A model generated the notes under the pieces. The model was not told where the DNA came from and searched no databases. It worked only from the letters and a program-made list of their open reading frames with translations. 33,872 nt of DNA from Frankiaceae bacterium (GTDB lineage: Bacteria > Actinomycetota > Actinomycetes > Mycobacteriales > SCTD01): NCBI GenBank assembly GCA_031424715.1, contig JANPHZ010000256.1, positions 1-33,872 on the forward strand. The letters are read 5' to 3'. The translations under genes were made by a program, and so were the position numbers. Each line of letters begins with the position of its first letter. Positions within the stretch are counted from its first letter, which is position 1. Of the stretch, positions 25,669 through 33,872 are shown in pieces.

Positions 25669-26343
25669 ATGGGAGATCGCGTTGCCAAGCAGGCGCTCTA
25701 CGACGGCCTCGCCTCCGTGGCGAAGGCGCTCGGGAACGGACGGCGGGCCGAGATCGTCGACGTGCTCGCGCAGGGCGAACGCCGGGTCGAGGATCTTGCT
25801 GGCCAGATCGGCGAGAGCGTCGCCAACACCTCTCACCACCTGCAGCGGCTGTTGCACGCAGGACTGGTACGCCCCCGCCGCGAGGGCACGCGGGTCTTCT
25901 ACTCCCTGAGCAGCGAGCAGGTCGCTGCGCTCTGGCGGTCCATGCGGGACGTCGCGGCAGAGCACGTCACGCAGGTCGACGAGCTCACCGATGCCTACCT
26001 CGGCGATCGCACCCGGCTCACGATCATCGGGCGGGACGAGCTGGTGGCCAGGCAACGCGACGGCGATGTCCTCGTGCTCGACGTCAGGCCACGGGCCGAG
26101 TACGACGCCGGCCACATCCCCGGTGCCGTCAACGTCCCGCCGGCTGAACTCGAGCAGCGGCTGCGCACCCTGCCGACGGCCGCCGCTGTCGTCGCCTACT
26201 GCCGAGGTCCCTACTGCGTGTACGCCGACGACGCTGTGCGCACGCTGTCGACGATGGGCCGCACCGCCCTGCGTCTGGTCGACGGCTTTCCCGAGTGGGC
26301 TGCGGCCGGCCTCCCCGTCGAGGCGGGGACCTCACCGTCATGA
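25669..26343 (+). CDS. ArsR/SmtB family regulator fused to a rhodanese domain
   Basis: AKALGNGRRAEIVDVL..SVANTSHHLQRL HTH; rhodanese LDVRPRAEYDAGHIPGA with YCRGPYC; ATG 25669. Confidence 0.9.
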   Translation: MGDRVAKQALYDGLASVAKALGNGRRAEIVDVLAQGERRVEDLAGQIGESVANTSHHLQRLLHAGLVRPRREGTRVFYSLSSEQVAALWRSMRDVAAEHVTQVDELTDAYLGDRTRLTIIGRDELVARQRDGDVLVLDVRPRAEYDAGHIPGAVNVPPAELEQRLRTLPTAAAVVAYCRGPYCVYADDAVRTLSTMGRTALRLVDGFPEWAAAGLPVEAGTSPS

Positions 26344-26376
26344 CGGTCGGTCGCATCCGACCGTCCGACGTGAAAG

Positions 26377-26870
26377 GTGCTCGACGGGCCGTACGGGCCC
26401 CGCCGGATCACCTATGCCGACTACACCGCCTCGGGCCGGGCGCTGAAGGCCATCGACAAGATGGTGCGCCTCCTCGGCCTGCGGATCCCGCCGCGCTGGA
26501 CGATCGCTACCAGCTGTCGTCCCACATCCCGGCAACGGAGCGTCCGGTGGTGTTCATCGGCCCCTACGAGCACCACTCCAACGAGCTGCCCTGGCGGGAG
26601 TCCATCGCCGAGGTGATCGTCATCGGCGAGGACGCCAACGGCCACATCGACGCGTCCCTCCTGGAGGCGGAGCTCGGCCGCTATGCCAACCGTCCGCTGC
26701 TGATCGGGAGCTTCTCCGCGGCTTCCAACGTGACGGGCATCCGCTCGGACACCGCCGCCATCGCCACGCTCCTGCACCGGCACGGCGCACTGTCGTTCTG
26801 GGACTTCGCCGCAGCCGCCCCGTACGTGCCCATAGACATGGGTGCCGCCGCTGCCGGCGAGGCCTACCTG
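26377..26870 (+). pseudogene. Remnant of an aminotransferase class V / cysteine-desulfurase-like gene
   Basis: YADYTASGRAL joined directly to AIDK (apparent internal deletion), frameshift near 26490, then EHHSNELPW, SAASNVTG, WDFAAAAPY; stops before the PLP-binding lysine motif. Confidence 0.78.
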
Positions 26871-27073
26871 GGGATCGTGCGCAGAGACCCTGCCACGCCG
26901 TGCAGTATGGAAGCCTCCCCGTGGCTGAAGCAGAGCACGCTGACCCGGGCGCCCGTCTCGGCGACGGTCGACAGCAGCACACCGAGCCCGAACGACTCAT
27001 CGTCGGGATGGGCGACACCAGCGAGCACGGAAAGCCAGCGCGGAAGACCAGTCTCGCCTCGAGGCTTCCGCGG
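26864..27073 (-). pseudogene. N-terminal remnant of a PIG-L family deacetylase (not in the ORF track)
   Basis: Manual translation gives LPRWLSVLAGVAHPDDESFGLGVLLSTVAETGARVSVLCFSHGEAS...LRTIPR-stop, with the HPDD and GE motifs of the PIG-L/MshB/Mca family. Confidence 0.75.
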
Positions 27074-27147
27074 TCAGAGCAGGCCCCGCAACAGGATGGT
27101 TCCCGTATTCCGCCGAGCCGTTTTCACCAACCGTCGAGCCGCAGCAC

Positions 27148-27549
27148 CTAACGGCTGCCCATCATTCCCGTGCCGGTCTCCATCATCGCCTGTCCACTGC
27201 CCATCATGGTCCGGCCCTGGGCCGCCATCTGCTGACCGGCATCCATCATCGTCCGGCCGTCCGTCATCATCTGGCGACCTCGTGCGGTCGTGTCGTCGTC
27301 CATCGACCCGCCTCGGTCCATCATCGCCTGGCCGGCATCGACCATGGACCGCCCGCTGGCGTCCATCTGCTCGCCGTTGCTCAGCATCGACTGGCCGCCG
27401 TCCCGCATCTGCGCGCCGTTGGAACGCAAGAGGGTGCCGGCGTCGGAGTCGACTGAGCTTCCACCGCTGCAAGCAGTGAGCGCGAACGACGAGGCCAACG
27501 CCAGCACGCTCATGCGCAGCCACCGCCTGGACAAGAGCTTGGCCCTCAT
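27148..27549 (-). CDS. Methionine-rich lipoprotein with heptad repeats
   Basis: Lipobox ALTA-C; twelve G-x-x-M-x-x-x heptads; ATG overlaps the upstream stop (ATGA). Confidence 0.75.
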   Translation of the reverse strand: MRAKLLSRRWLRMSVLALASSFALTACSGGSSVDSDAGTLLRSNGAQMRDGGQSMLSNGEQMDASGRSMVDAGQAMMDRGGSMDDDTTARGRQMMTDGRTMMDAGQQMAAQGRTMMGSGQAMMETGTGMMGSR

Positions 27550-27761
27550 GACCGGCGCTCGAGAGCGGATCGCCGGGTGCGGTGCTCGTCAACGCTGATC
27601 TCGCCGGAGGCGAGGCGCTCGTCGAGCCGCTCATGTGGTGAAGCCGGCCTACCGCGTCGATCACGTAGCAGGGGCATCAACACGACGACGGTGAGCGCCC
27701 ACGTCAAGAGCATCACCGGAACGGCGACGAACCACATCCAGCTCCCGTTCCACCACATCAT
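27546..27761 (-). CDS. Small membrane protein with SHOCT domain
   Basis: One TM helix then LDERLASGEISVDEH..RR..L; GGAG RBS. Confidence 0.78.
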   Translation of the reverse strand: MMWWNGSWMWFVAVPVMLLTWALTVVVLMPLLRDRRGRPASPHERLDERLASGEISVDEHRTRRSALERRS

Positions 27762-27821
27762 CTCCGCGACCTCCGTGTCGGCTTGTTCGCCTCATCGTGC
27801 TCGCCGGCCCGGAGCGTCGGT

Positions 27822-27837
27822 AGGGACGAAGGTCCTG
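27822..27837. promoter_or_regulatory. Second DosR-box-like site (AGGGAC-GAAG-GTCCTG)
   Basis: Near copy of 21654-21669, about 60 bp upstream of the SHOCT gene. Confidence 0.4.
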
Positions 27838-27964
27838 GATGCGCCGCCACTCGGCACCACCACCTTTCGGGCCGGCCCGACCGCACTGGAGGCACCTGGC
27901 GGCAGGACGACGCAGGGTTCGGCGCCGCTCCAGGACCGCAGCATCGACGAGTCAGCGGGCCCCG

Positions 27965-29536
27965 TCAGCCTGCGCTGAGAGCCTTCAAGGCCTGCAGCGC
28001 AGCCGCCTTGCCGCTGCTGCCAGCGATGCCGCCGACGGGCGCAGTGGACGCGCCGCACGTGAACAGGCCTTGCACGCCTGGGACGGTGTGCCCGGCCAAC
28101 CGCCGAGTGGGTCGCATGAACGCCAGCTGATCCAGGCTGATGTCGAGGTACATCGGGTGCGCTCCTGGCCAGCGCAGCTCCTCCGCCATGAGCGTGGGCG
28201 TACGGACCGTCCGGGCCACGATGCTGTCGGTGAACCCGGGCGCATGCTCCTCGACCTGCTGGACCATGGCGTCCGCAAACGACTCGGCCTGACCCTCCCA
28301 ACCGCCCTCGACGTCGTACGGAGAGCTGGGACAGGCCAGGTAGACCGTGTGATGCCCGGCAGGGGCGAGGCTGTCGTCGTACACGCTCGGCGTGAAGCAG
28401 TAGGTGGGAGGTGGGTCGGGCAGCCGGCCGGCCTCGGCGGCCAAGAATCCCTTGGTCAGCTGGTCCATGTGGTCGACGTGGGACTGCAGCCCGTTCCAGT
28501 CGCCCTCCCGGGCGCCGGGGTAGGGCGGGAGCTTGTCGGTGGCCAGGTGCACCACCAGCTGCACCGCGTTGCCGCGGTGCGCCGCGGACAGCTCACGACC
28601 CGCGTCGCCCGCCAGCGGCGGGTCCAGCAGCTCGAGCAGGGCCGTCTGCACGTCGACCGCACTGATGACGGCGCTGGCCGCGATGCGCTCGCCGCCCTGC
28701 AGGACGACGGCACGCGCCTTCCCCCCGGTCGCGTCGATGCGCTCCACGACCGCGCCGGTGCGCGTCTGCCCGCCCCAGCCGGCCAAGCGGCGCTCGAGCG
28801 CGTCCGTGAGGGCCTGCGAGCCGCCGCGCGGATGCCACTGCCCGTAGAGGTGATACGCGGCCTGCCAGAAGACGTAGAACGCACCGCCGGGCTGATGCGG
28901 ACCCGCCGAGCTGTGACTGGCGAACGACGAGACCGGTGCGCGGGTGAGGTCGGAGCGCAGCACGGTCTCCAGCAGCGATCCGTAGGGGGTGACGAGATCG
29001 TGCATCAGCCCGAGCGGCCCGCCGGAGCGCTTGATGCCCTGCATCAGCGGCCAGAGCTTCGTACCCGCTGCCTTCAGGACGCCGCCTGCACTCGAGCCGC
29101 TCTCCAGGCCGGTGACCGCGGTCTTCACCAGCGGTACGGCCTTGTGCATGAACGCGCGGTACGCCTCCGCGTCCGCCTTGTCGTGCTCGGCGATGGAGGC
29201 GACGGTCTGCTCGATGTCGCGGTGGAAGCGCACGATGCGGCCGTCCCGGAAGAAGCCGGTGGCGAAGGGCTCCATCGGGATGTACTCGAGCCCGGCGCCC
29301 GCCAGGTCGAGCTCGTCCGGGATGGACGTCATGTTGATGATGTTGTGCGCGGCGGAGTGGGTGTTGAACAGGTAGCCGGGGATCGTCTCGTCGGTGCGAG
29401 ATCCCCCGCCCAGCTTCTCCCCCGCCTCCAGGACCAGGACCCGCTTGCCGGCCTTGGCGAGGTAGCAGCCCGCGACCAGGCCGTTGTGCCCCCCTCCGAC
29501 GATGACGACGGGATCTGGATGGGTCGGGATGGTCAC
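27965..29536 (-). CDS. Phytoene desaturase / CrtO-like FAD-dependent oxidoreductase
   Basis: VIVGGGHNGLVA, LGGGSRT, HPRGGSQAL, TPSVYDDSLAP.G.H, LFTCGASTAPVGGIAG. Confidence 0.85.
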   Translation of the reverse strand: MTIPTHPDPVVIVGGGHNGLVAGCYLAKAGKRVLVLEAGEKLGGGSRTDETIPGYLFNTHSAAHNIINMTSIPDELDLAGAGLEYIPMEPFATGFFRDGRIVRFHRDIEQTVASIAEHDKADAEAYRAFMHKAVPLVKTAVTGLESGSSAGGVLKAAGTKLWPLMQGIKRSGGPLGLMHDLVTPYGSLLETVLRSDLTRAPVSSFASHSSAGPHQPGGAFYVFWQAAYHLYGQWHPRGGSQALTDALERRLAGWGGQTRTGAVVERIDATGGKARAVVLQGGERIAASAVISAVDVQTALLELLDPPLAGDAGRELSAAHRGNAVQLVVHLATDKLPPYPGAREGDWNGLQSHVDHMDQLTKGFLAAEAGRLPDPPPTYCFTPSVYDDSLAPAGHHTVYLACPSSPYDVEGGWEGQAESFADAMVQQVEEHAPGFTDSIVARTVRTPTLMAEELRWPGAHPMYLDISLDQLAFMRPTRRLAGHTVPGVQGLFTCGASTAPVGGIAGSSGKAAALQALKALSAG

Positions 29537-29588
29537 GCACGTTCCTCCACGGTGCGGCCGGGCTGACTGCCGATGACGTCGATCGGCG

Positions 29589-29981
29589 TCACCCGGCGGC
29601 CACGGCGGCCAGTGCGGCGTTCAGGCGTTGGGCCGCCTCGTCCGCCACCGGCTGCAGCTCCGGCCGACCGGGAAGGCTGACCATGACCTGCGGGTCGAGA
29701 GCCTGCACGAGCGTGCGGTCACCGTCCCGGCGGACCACGACGTTGCAGGGCAGCAGCAGCCCGATGTCGCGCTCGACGCCGAGCGCCCGGTGAGCCAGTT
29801 GCGGATTGCAAGCACCGAGGATCAGGTACTGCTCCATGTCCTCGTCGAGCTTGCTCTTCAGGGTCGCCTGCACGTCGATCTCGGTGAGGATGCCGAAGCC
29901 GTTGTCGGCCAGTGCGGCGCGGGTGCGCTCGACGGCCTCCTCGAACCCCAGTTCTGTCGTGATGGTCGTTCCGTAGTCCAT
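29589..29981 (-). CDS. DUF302 domain protein
   Basis: GFGILTEIDV, ILGACNP, IGLLLPCNVVV; GGAGG RBS before ATG 29981. Confidence 0.9.
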   Translation of the reverse strand: MDYGTTITTELGFEEAVERTRAALADNGFGILTEIDVQATLKSKLDEDMEQYLILGACNPQLAHRALGVERDIGLLLPCNVVVRRDGDRTLVQALDPQVMVSLPGRPELQPVADEAAQRLNAALAAVAAG

Positions 29982-30011
29982 GGGATACCTCCGCTGGTTG
30001 TGATCGTGCCC

Positions 30012-30057
30012 TACCCCGCTCAGGCCCCGCTGCACATGCCCCAGCGTGGGCGGGGTA
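30012..30057. repeat. Inverted repeat TACCCCGC-N30-GCGGGGTA in a divergent promoter
   Basis: 8-bp arms resembling CsoR-family half-sites, but with atypical spacing. Confidence 0.35.
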
Positions 30058-30068
30058 TTGGTCCGCTC

Positions 30069-30425
30069 ATGAAGGTCAGCGCCCCGACCCGCGGCACGAC
30101 GAGGCGCTTCAGGCTGTCCCCTGCAGAGTGGTCGACGACAGTCGTCGCGGCCGTCGTTTCCAGCGGCGCCTACGTGACGCTCGGCTACCCGTACCTGGCG
30201 CGCGGGGTCGTCGGCGACCTCCTCGGCTTCCTGCTGCTCGGCGTCGCGGGGGCTGCTGCGGGCGCCCGGGTGAAGCACGAGGCGCTGGTGTGCCTCTCCG
30301 TGATCGGTGCCGTGCTCCTGCTGGATCCGCAGTGGCCCTTGCGCCTCTCGGAGCCGGCCTGGTGGGCGCTGTTCAGCGTCGGCCTGAGCGCGTACGTGCT
30401 CCTCCGCCGGAAGCTCTGCGACTGA
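30069..30425 (+). CDS. Hypothetical membrane protein (about 4 TM, 118 aa)
   Basis: Hydrophobic ORF with GC-rich third positions filling the gap; no family recognised. Confidence 0.6.
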   Translation: MKVSAPTRGTTRRFRLSPAEWSTTVVAAVVSSGAYVTLGYPYLARGVVGDLLGFLLLGVAGAAAGARVKHEALVCLSVIGAVLLLDPQWPLRLSEPAWWALFSVGLSAYVLLRRKLCD

Positions 30426-30480
30426 GGGGCCGCAGGAGTCGCGGACCCCGCAACGTCGGAGGTCCCCCCACCGGGCAGCA

Positions 30481-30918
30481 TCAGGTGACCACCTCGGCGC
30501 CAGCGGCTTCGAGCTCGTCCAGCCCACCTGCGTCCACGACATGGCTGAACCCCAGCCCTGACATGATCTTCACGGCCTGCCTGGAGCGGTTCCCGGAGGC
30601 GCAGTAGACGACGTACCTCCCGGTGCGCGGCAGGGCGCCGACCGCGGTCGCGAAGTCGTCCCGCAAGGCGACGTTGCGGGCCCCGCTGAGGTGACCAGCG
30701 CCGAACTCCTGCGGGGTGCGCACGTCCAGGACAGTGGAGCCGCCTTGCGCGATGAGCGCCAGCGCCTCGACCGGCGGCAGGGTGCGGACGGCCGAGGTGG
30801 GACCCGCCGGCGGCGCTGCCGGCGCGCTCAGCGTCGGATCGTCGGAGCCCGTCCCGCACGCCGTCAGCAGGAGGGACGTCGCCAGGACGAGGCCGAGGTG
30901 GGCGGGACCGGGACGCAT
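30481..30918 (-). CDS. Rhodanese-domain lipoprotein
   Basis: Lipobox LLTA-C, Pro/Ala linker, LDVRTPQEFGAGHL, active loop VYCASGNRS; start 30918 or 30942. Confidence 0.85.
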   Translation of the reverse strand: MRPGPAHLGLVLATSLLLTACGTGSDDPTLSAPAAPPAGPTSAVRTLPPVEALALIAQGGSTVLDVRTPQEFGAGHLSGARNVALRDDFATAVGALPRTGRYVVYCASGNRSRQAVKIMSGLGFSHVVDAGGLDELEAAGAEVVT

Positions 30919-30947
30919 GGGCGACTTCTTGCCTGAGGGCATGCCGG

Positions 30948-31145
30948 TCAGCGGCGGAACAGCGAGCTGAAACGGCTGCGCTTCGCGGTGGATGTGGGCA
31001 CCGCGGCCGCGGAGGCCTTCTGCGTCCGAGCGCCGCAGGTGCACTGCTTGTCCGCGGGCACGCCGCGCATCACCTGCTTGACGTGCTTCCCGCACCCGGA
31101 CCATGTGATCTTCCCGCACTTGCGGCACGTCGCCTTGCTGCACAT
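30948..31145 (-). CDS. Small Cys-rich protein (MCSKATCRKCGKITWSGCGKH...CTC)
   Basis: 65 aa, six Cys and one His; AAGGAG RBS; stop lies just before the rhodanese lipoprotein start. Confidence 0.8.
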   Translation of the reverse strand: MCSKATCRKCGKITWSGCGKHVKQVMRGVPADKQCTCGARTQKASAAAVPTSTAKRSRFSSLFRR

Positions 31146-31165
31146 CGCGCTCTCCTTGGGTCAAG

Positions 31166-31181
31166 TATACCCCCCAGGGTA
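31166..31181. promoter_or_regulatory. CsoR/CstR-family operator (TATACCCCCCAGGGTA)
   Basis: TACCC-N4-GGGTA with a C-tract, upstream of the Cys-rich/rhodanese genes. Confidence 0.7.
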
Positions 31182-31256
31182 CATGCTCGGGATTGTCTCC
31201 GGCGTGTTCCAACGCCCGGAGGTCGCACTGACACCTCCGCTCCGGATGCTCCGGTG

Positions 31257-31938
<682 letters not shown>

Positions 31939-31964
31939 CGGTCTCTCCTTCATCTGCGGTCCAT

Positions 31965-31980
31965 TACCGCGGGGGGTATA
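31965..31980. promoter_or_regulatory. Second CsoR/CstR-family operator (TATACCCCCCGCGGTA on minus strand)
   Basis: 14/16 identical to 31166-31181 in inverted orientation; upstream of the rhodanese and regulator genes. Confidence 0.65.
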
Positions 31981-32233
31981 AGTGCCAACATCTGTGAGGC
32001 GGAAGTGTTCCCCGCCGCGCACGCAAGCGGGACCGCGCCCACTGCGTCCTCCTCAGGTCGTGCGCCGGCCCCGCTGCGGTCAGGCGGACGGAGCAGGCAG
32101 GGCTCCCGGTTGCGAGAACACGACGGTCTCCCCCTTGACGGCCATTTCCCGGGTCGTCCGCGCTGGCGCGGCGCCATTGGGAGGCGCTGCCCGCGAGCCG
32201 AGGTCGAGGGCGTCGCGGCCAGCGCAGCTCGGG

Positions 32234-33872
32234 TCAGTGGCTGAAGGTCACGTTCGGCAGGACCTTGCGCAGCCACGCGGGGCTAGCCCACGCTGCCTTG
32301 CCTGTCAGTCGCAGCAGGACGGGCAGGAGGAGCAGGCGGATCAGCAAGGCGTCGAGGAGAACCGCGACGCCGAGGATGATCCCCATCTCCTTCGGCGGCA
32401 GCGGCTCGGACAGGGAGAAGGTGAAGAAGACCGCGACCATGACACCCGCCGCCGCGAAGATCGTCCGGCCGGAGTGGGCAAGCCCGCCGACCATCGCCTC
32501 CTTCGCGTCGCCGCTCTTCTCCCAGTGCTCCTTCGCACTCGCAAGCAGGAAGACGGTGTAGTCCATCCCGATCGCGAAGATCATCGCGAAGAAGAAGACC
32601 GGCGCCCAGGCGTCCAGGAAGCCCTGGGACTCGAAGCCGAGCAGGTCCGATCCGATGCCCTCGTCGAAGATGAGGCGCGCGACGCCGAAGGCAGCGGCGG
32701 TGGCCAGCAGGTTGGTCAGGACGCCGAGCGCGGAGATCAGGGGTGCCTGGAGCGCAACCAGCAGGAGGACGAACCCGAGGGCCAGGACCACGCCGATGAC
32801 CAGTGGTGCCTTCTCCTCAAGCAGGTTCTCCAGGTCGTAGTTCTCCACAGCCGCGCCCCCGACGAGAGCCTGGTCCGGTAGGTCGGCCCGAAGCCGGTCG
32901 ATCGTGTCGCCCATCTCCGGTGAGGACGGGTCCATCGTCGGCACCGCCTGGACGAGCGCGGTGCCGTCCTCGGCCGTCACGGTCGGCATGACCTGGGCGA
33001 TGCCCTCGTCGGCGGCCAGGACCGCGCTGGTCTGGGCCGCATCGCCCTTCGGCGCGACGACCTGGAGCATGCCGGGTGCGCCGGGGCCGAATGCCTCGGT
33101 CACGAGCGCGTAGCCGACGCGGCTCGACTCGTCCTCCGGCACGACCTTGATGCTGGGCATGCCGGTGCGCAGCCCGAAGACCGGCAGCGCCAGGGCGATG
33201 AGCACGATGAGCGCCACGGCTCCGTACGCGACCGGGCGCTTCCACAGCCGCTCCGCCCATGCGGCGAACTTCGGCGAGCGGTGCTCACCGGCGTGCACCC
33301 ACGGGAGGGAGACCGCGTCGACGCGGTCACCGAGCCGGGCGAGGACCGCCGGCAGGAGCGTCAACGTAGCGGCGAGGACGAAGACGACCGCCAGCATGAT
33401 GCCGAGCGCCATCGACTGCACGGCAGGCGACGGGACGAGCAGTACGGCGGACAGGCTGATGAGCACCGTCAGGCCGCTGAACAGGACCGCCTTGCCGGCG
33501 GTCTCCATCGTCTCGGCGACCGCTTCAACGACGTTCTCCGACGCGCCGAAGTGCGCCGCCCGGAAGCGCACCACGAGGAACAGTGCGTAGTCGATGCCCA
33601 ACGCCAGGGCGAACATCAGCGCGAAGTTCATGGCCCAGATGGAGATGTCGCCGAACAGCGTACCGATGTACAGCGAGCCGGCAGCGGCGACGAGGCCGAT
33701 GATCGTCAGCATCAGCGGCAGGCCCGCAGCCACCAACGAGCCGAACGCCAGCACCAGGATGCCGAGCGTGACGGGCCACGAGATGAGCTCGCTCTTGATC
33801 ATGGCGTCCCGGTTGGCGGAGTTGAAGTCGCTCCACAGCACCGAGCTGCCGGTCATCGCCACCTCGATGCCC
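32234..33872 (-). CDS. MMPL (RND superfamily) transporter, 5' end outside the window
   Basis: ALGIDYALF..RFR, AGKAVLFSGLTV, FAIGMDYTVFL, SGRTIFAAAGVM, LDALLIRLLLLP, AWASP.WL. Confidence 0.9.
   Translation of the reverse strand, partial: GIEVAMTGSSVLWSDFNSANRDAMIKSELISWPVTLGILVLAFGSLVAAGLPLMLTIIGLVAAAGSLYIGTLFGDISIWAMNFALMFALALGIDYALFLVVRFRAAHFGASENVVEAVAETMETAGKAVLFSGLTVLISLSAVLLVPSPAVQSMALGIMLAVVFVLAATLTLLPAVLARLGDRVDAVSLPWVHAGEHRSPKFAAWAERLWKRPVAYGAVALIVLIALALPVFGLRTGMPSIKVVPEDESSRVGYALVTEAFGPGAPGMLQVVAPKGDAAQTSAVLAADEGIAQVMPTVTAEDGTALVQAVPTMDPSSPEMGDTIDRLRADLPDQALVGGAAVENYDLENLLEEKAPLVIGVVLALGFVLLLVALQAPLISALGVLTNLLATAAAFGVARLIFDEGIGSDLLGFESQGFLDAWAPVFFFAMIFAIGMDYTVFLLASAKEHWEKSGDAKEAMVGGLAHSGRTIFAAAGVMVAVFFTFSLSEPLPPKEMGIILGVAVLLDALLIRLLLLPVLLRLTGKAAWASPAWLRKVLPNVTFSH

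Noticed and set aside
27160-27410. Periodic CATCAT/CCATC repeats as a CRISPR array or DNA tandem repeat
   Set aside because: The 21-bp periodicity is explained by Met codons of the heptad lipoprotein; no constant repeat-spacer structure.
26295-27479. 394-aa ORF as an intact aminotransferase
   Set aside because: Only the middle part is family-like; it lacks the PLP lysine, and its tail is antisense to the PIG-L remnant and the Met-rich lipoprotein.
27867-27880. 14-bp palindrome TCGGGCCGGCCCGA
   Set aside because: Almost all GC, single copy, no loop or U-tract; plausibly chance.

Overview
High-GC (roughly 70%) actinobacterial DNA, densely coding, with no rRNA, tRNA, CRISPR array or transposase/integrase recognised. 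From about 1.3 kb onward the window reads as a sulfur-handling gene neighbourhood. It encodes a sulfide:quinone oxidoreductase, a CstB-like MBL-fold/rhodanese fusion, four further rhodanese-domain proteins with different anchors, three SulP transporters and a beta-carbonic-anhydrase-like protein. It also carries a Tat-less DMSO-reductase-family molybdoenzyme operon (fused 4Fe-4S/NrfD subunit, catalytic subunit, TorD/DmsD chaperone, Mrp/ApbC, MoeA) and three regulators (GntR/HutC-UTRA, ArsR-rhodanese, CstR-like). The best candidate for an undescribed system is a three-gene cell-surface operon at 18769-21536, just upstream of sqr. Two paralogues of one unrecognised secreted domain, one with a LANTG sortase signal and one a lipoprotein, flank an internally duplicated membrane protein. 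A shared 12-bp palindrome (about wTGTmCGkACAw) recurs in five intergenic regions and links this operon to the molybdoenzyme, dioxygenase and SulP genes. CRP-like, DosR-like, ArsR-like and CsoR-like boxes are also visible. The 24-27 kb part shows decay: a frameshifted MFS gene and abutting remnants of a cysteine-desulfurase-like gene and a PIG-L deacetylase gene. All functional calls come from motif recognition by eye; no database searches were run.
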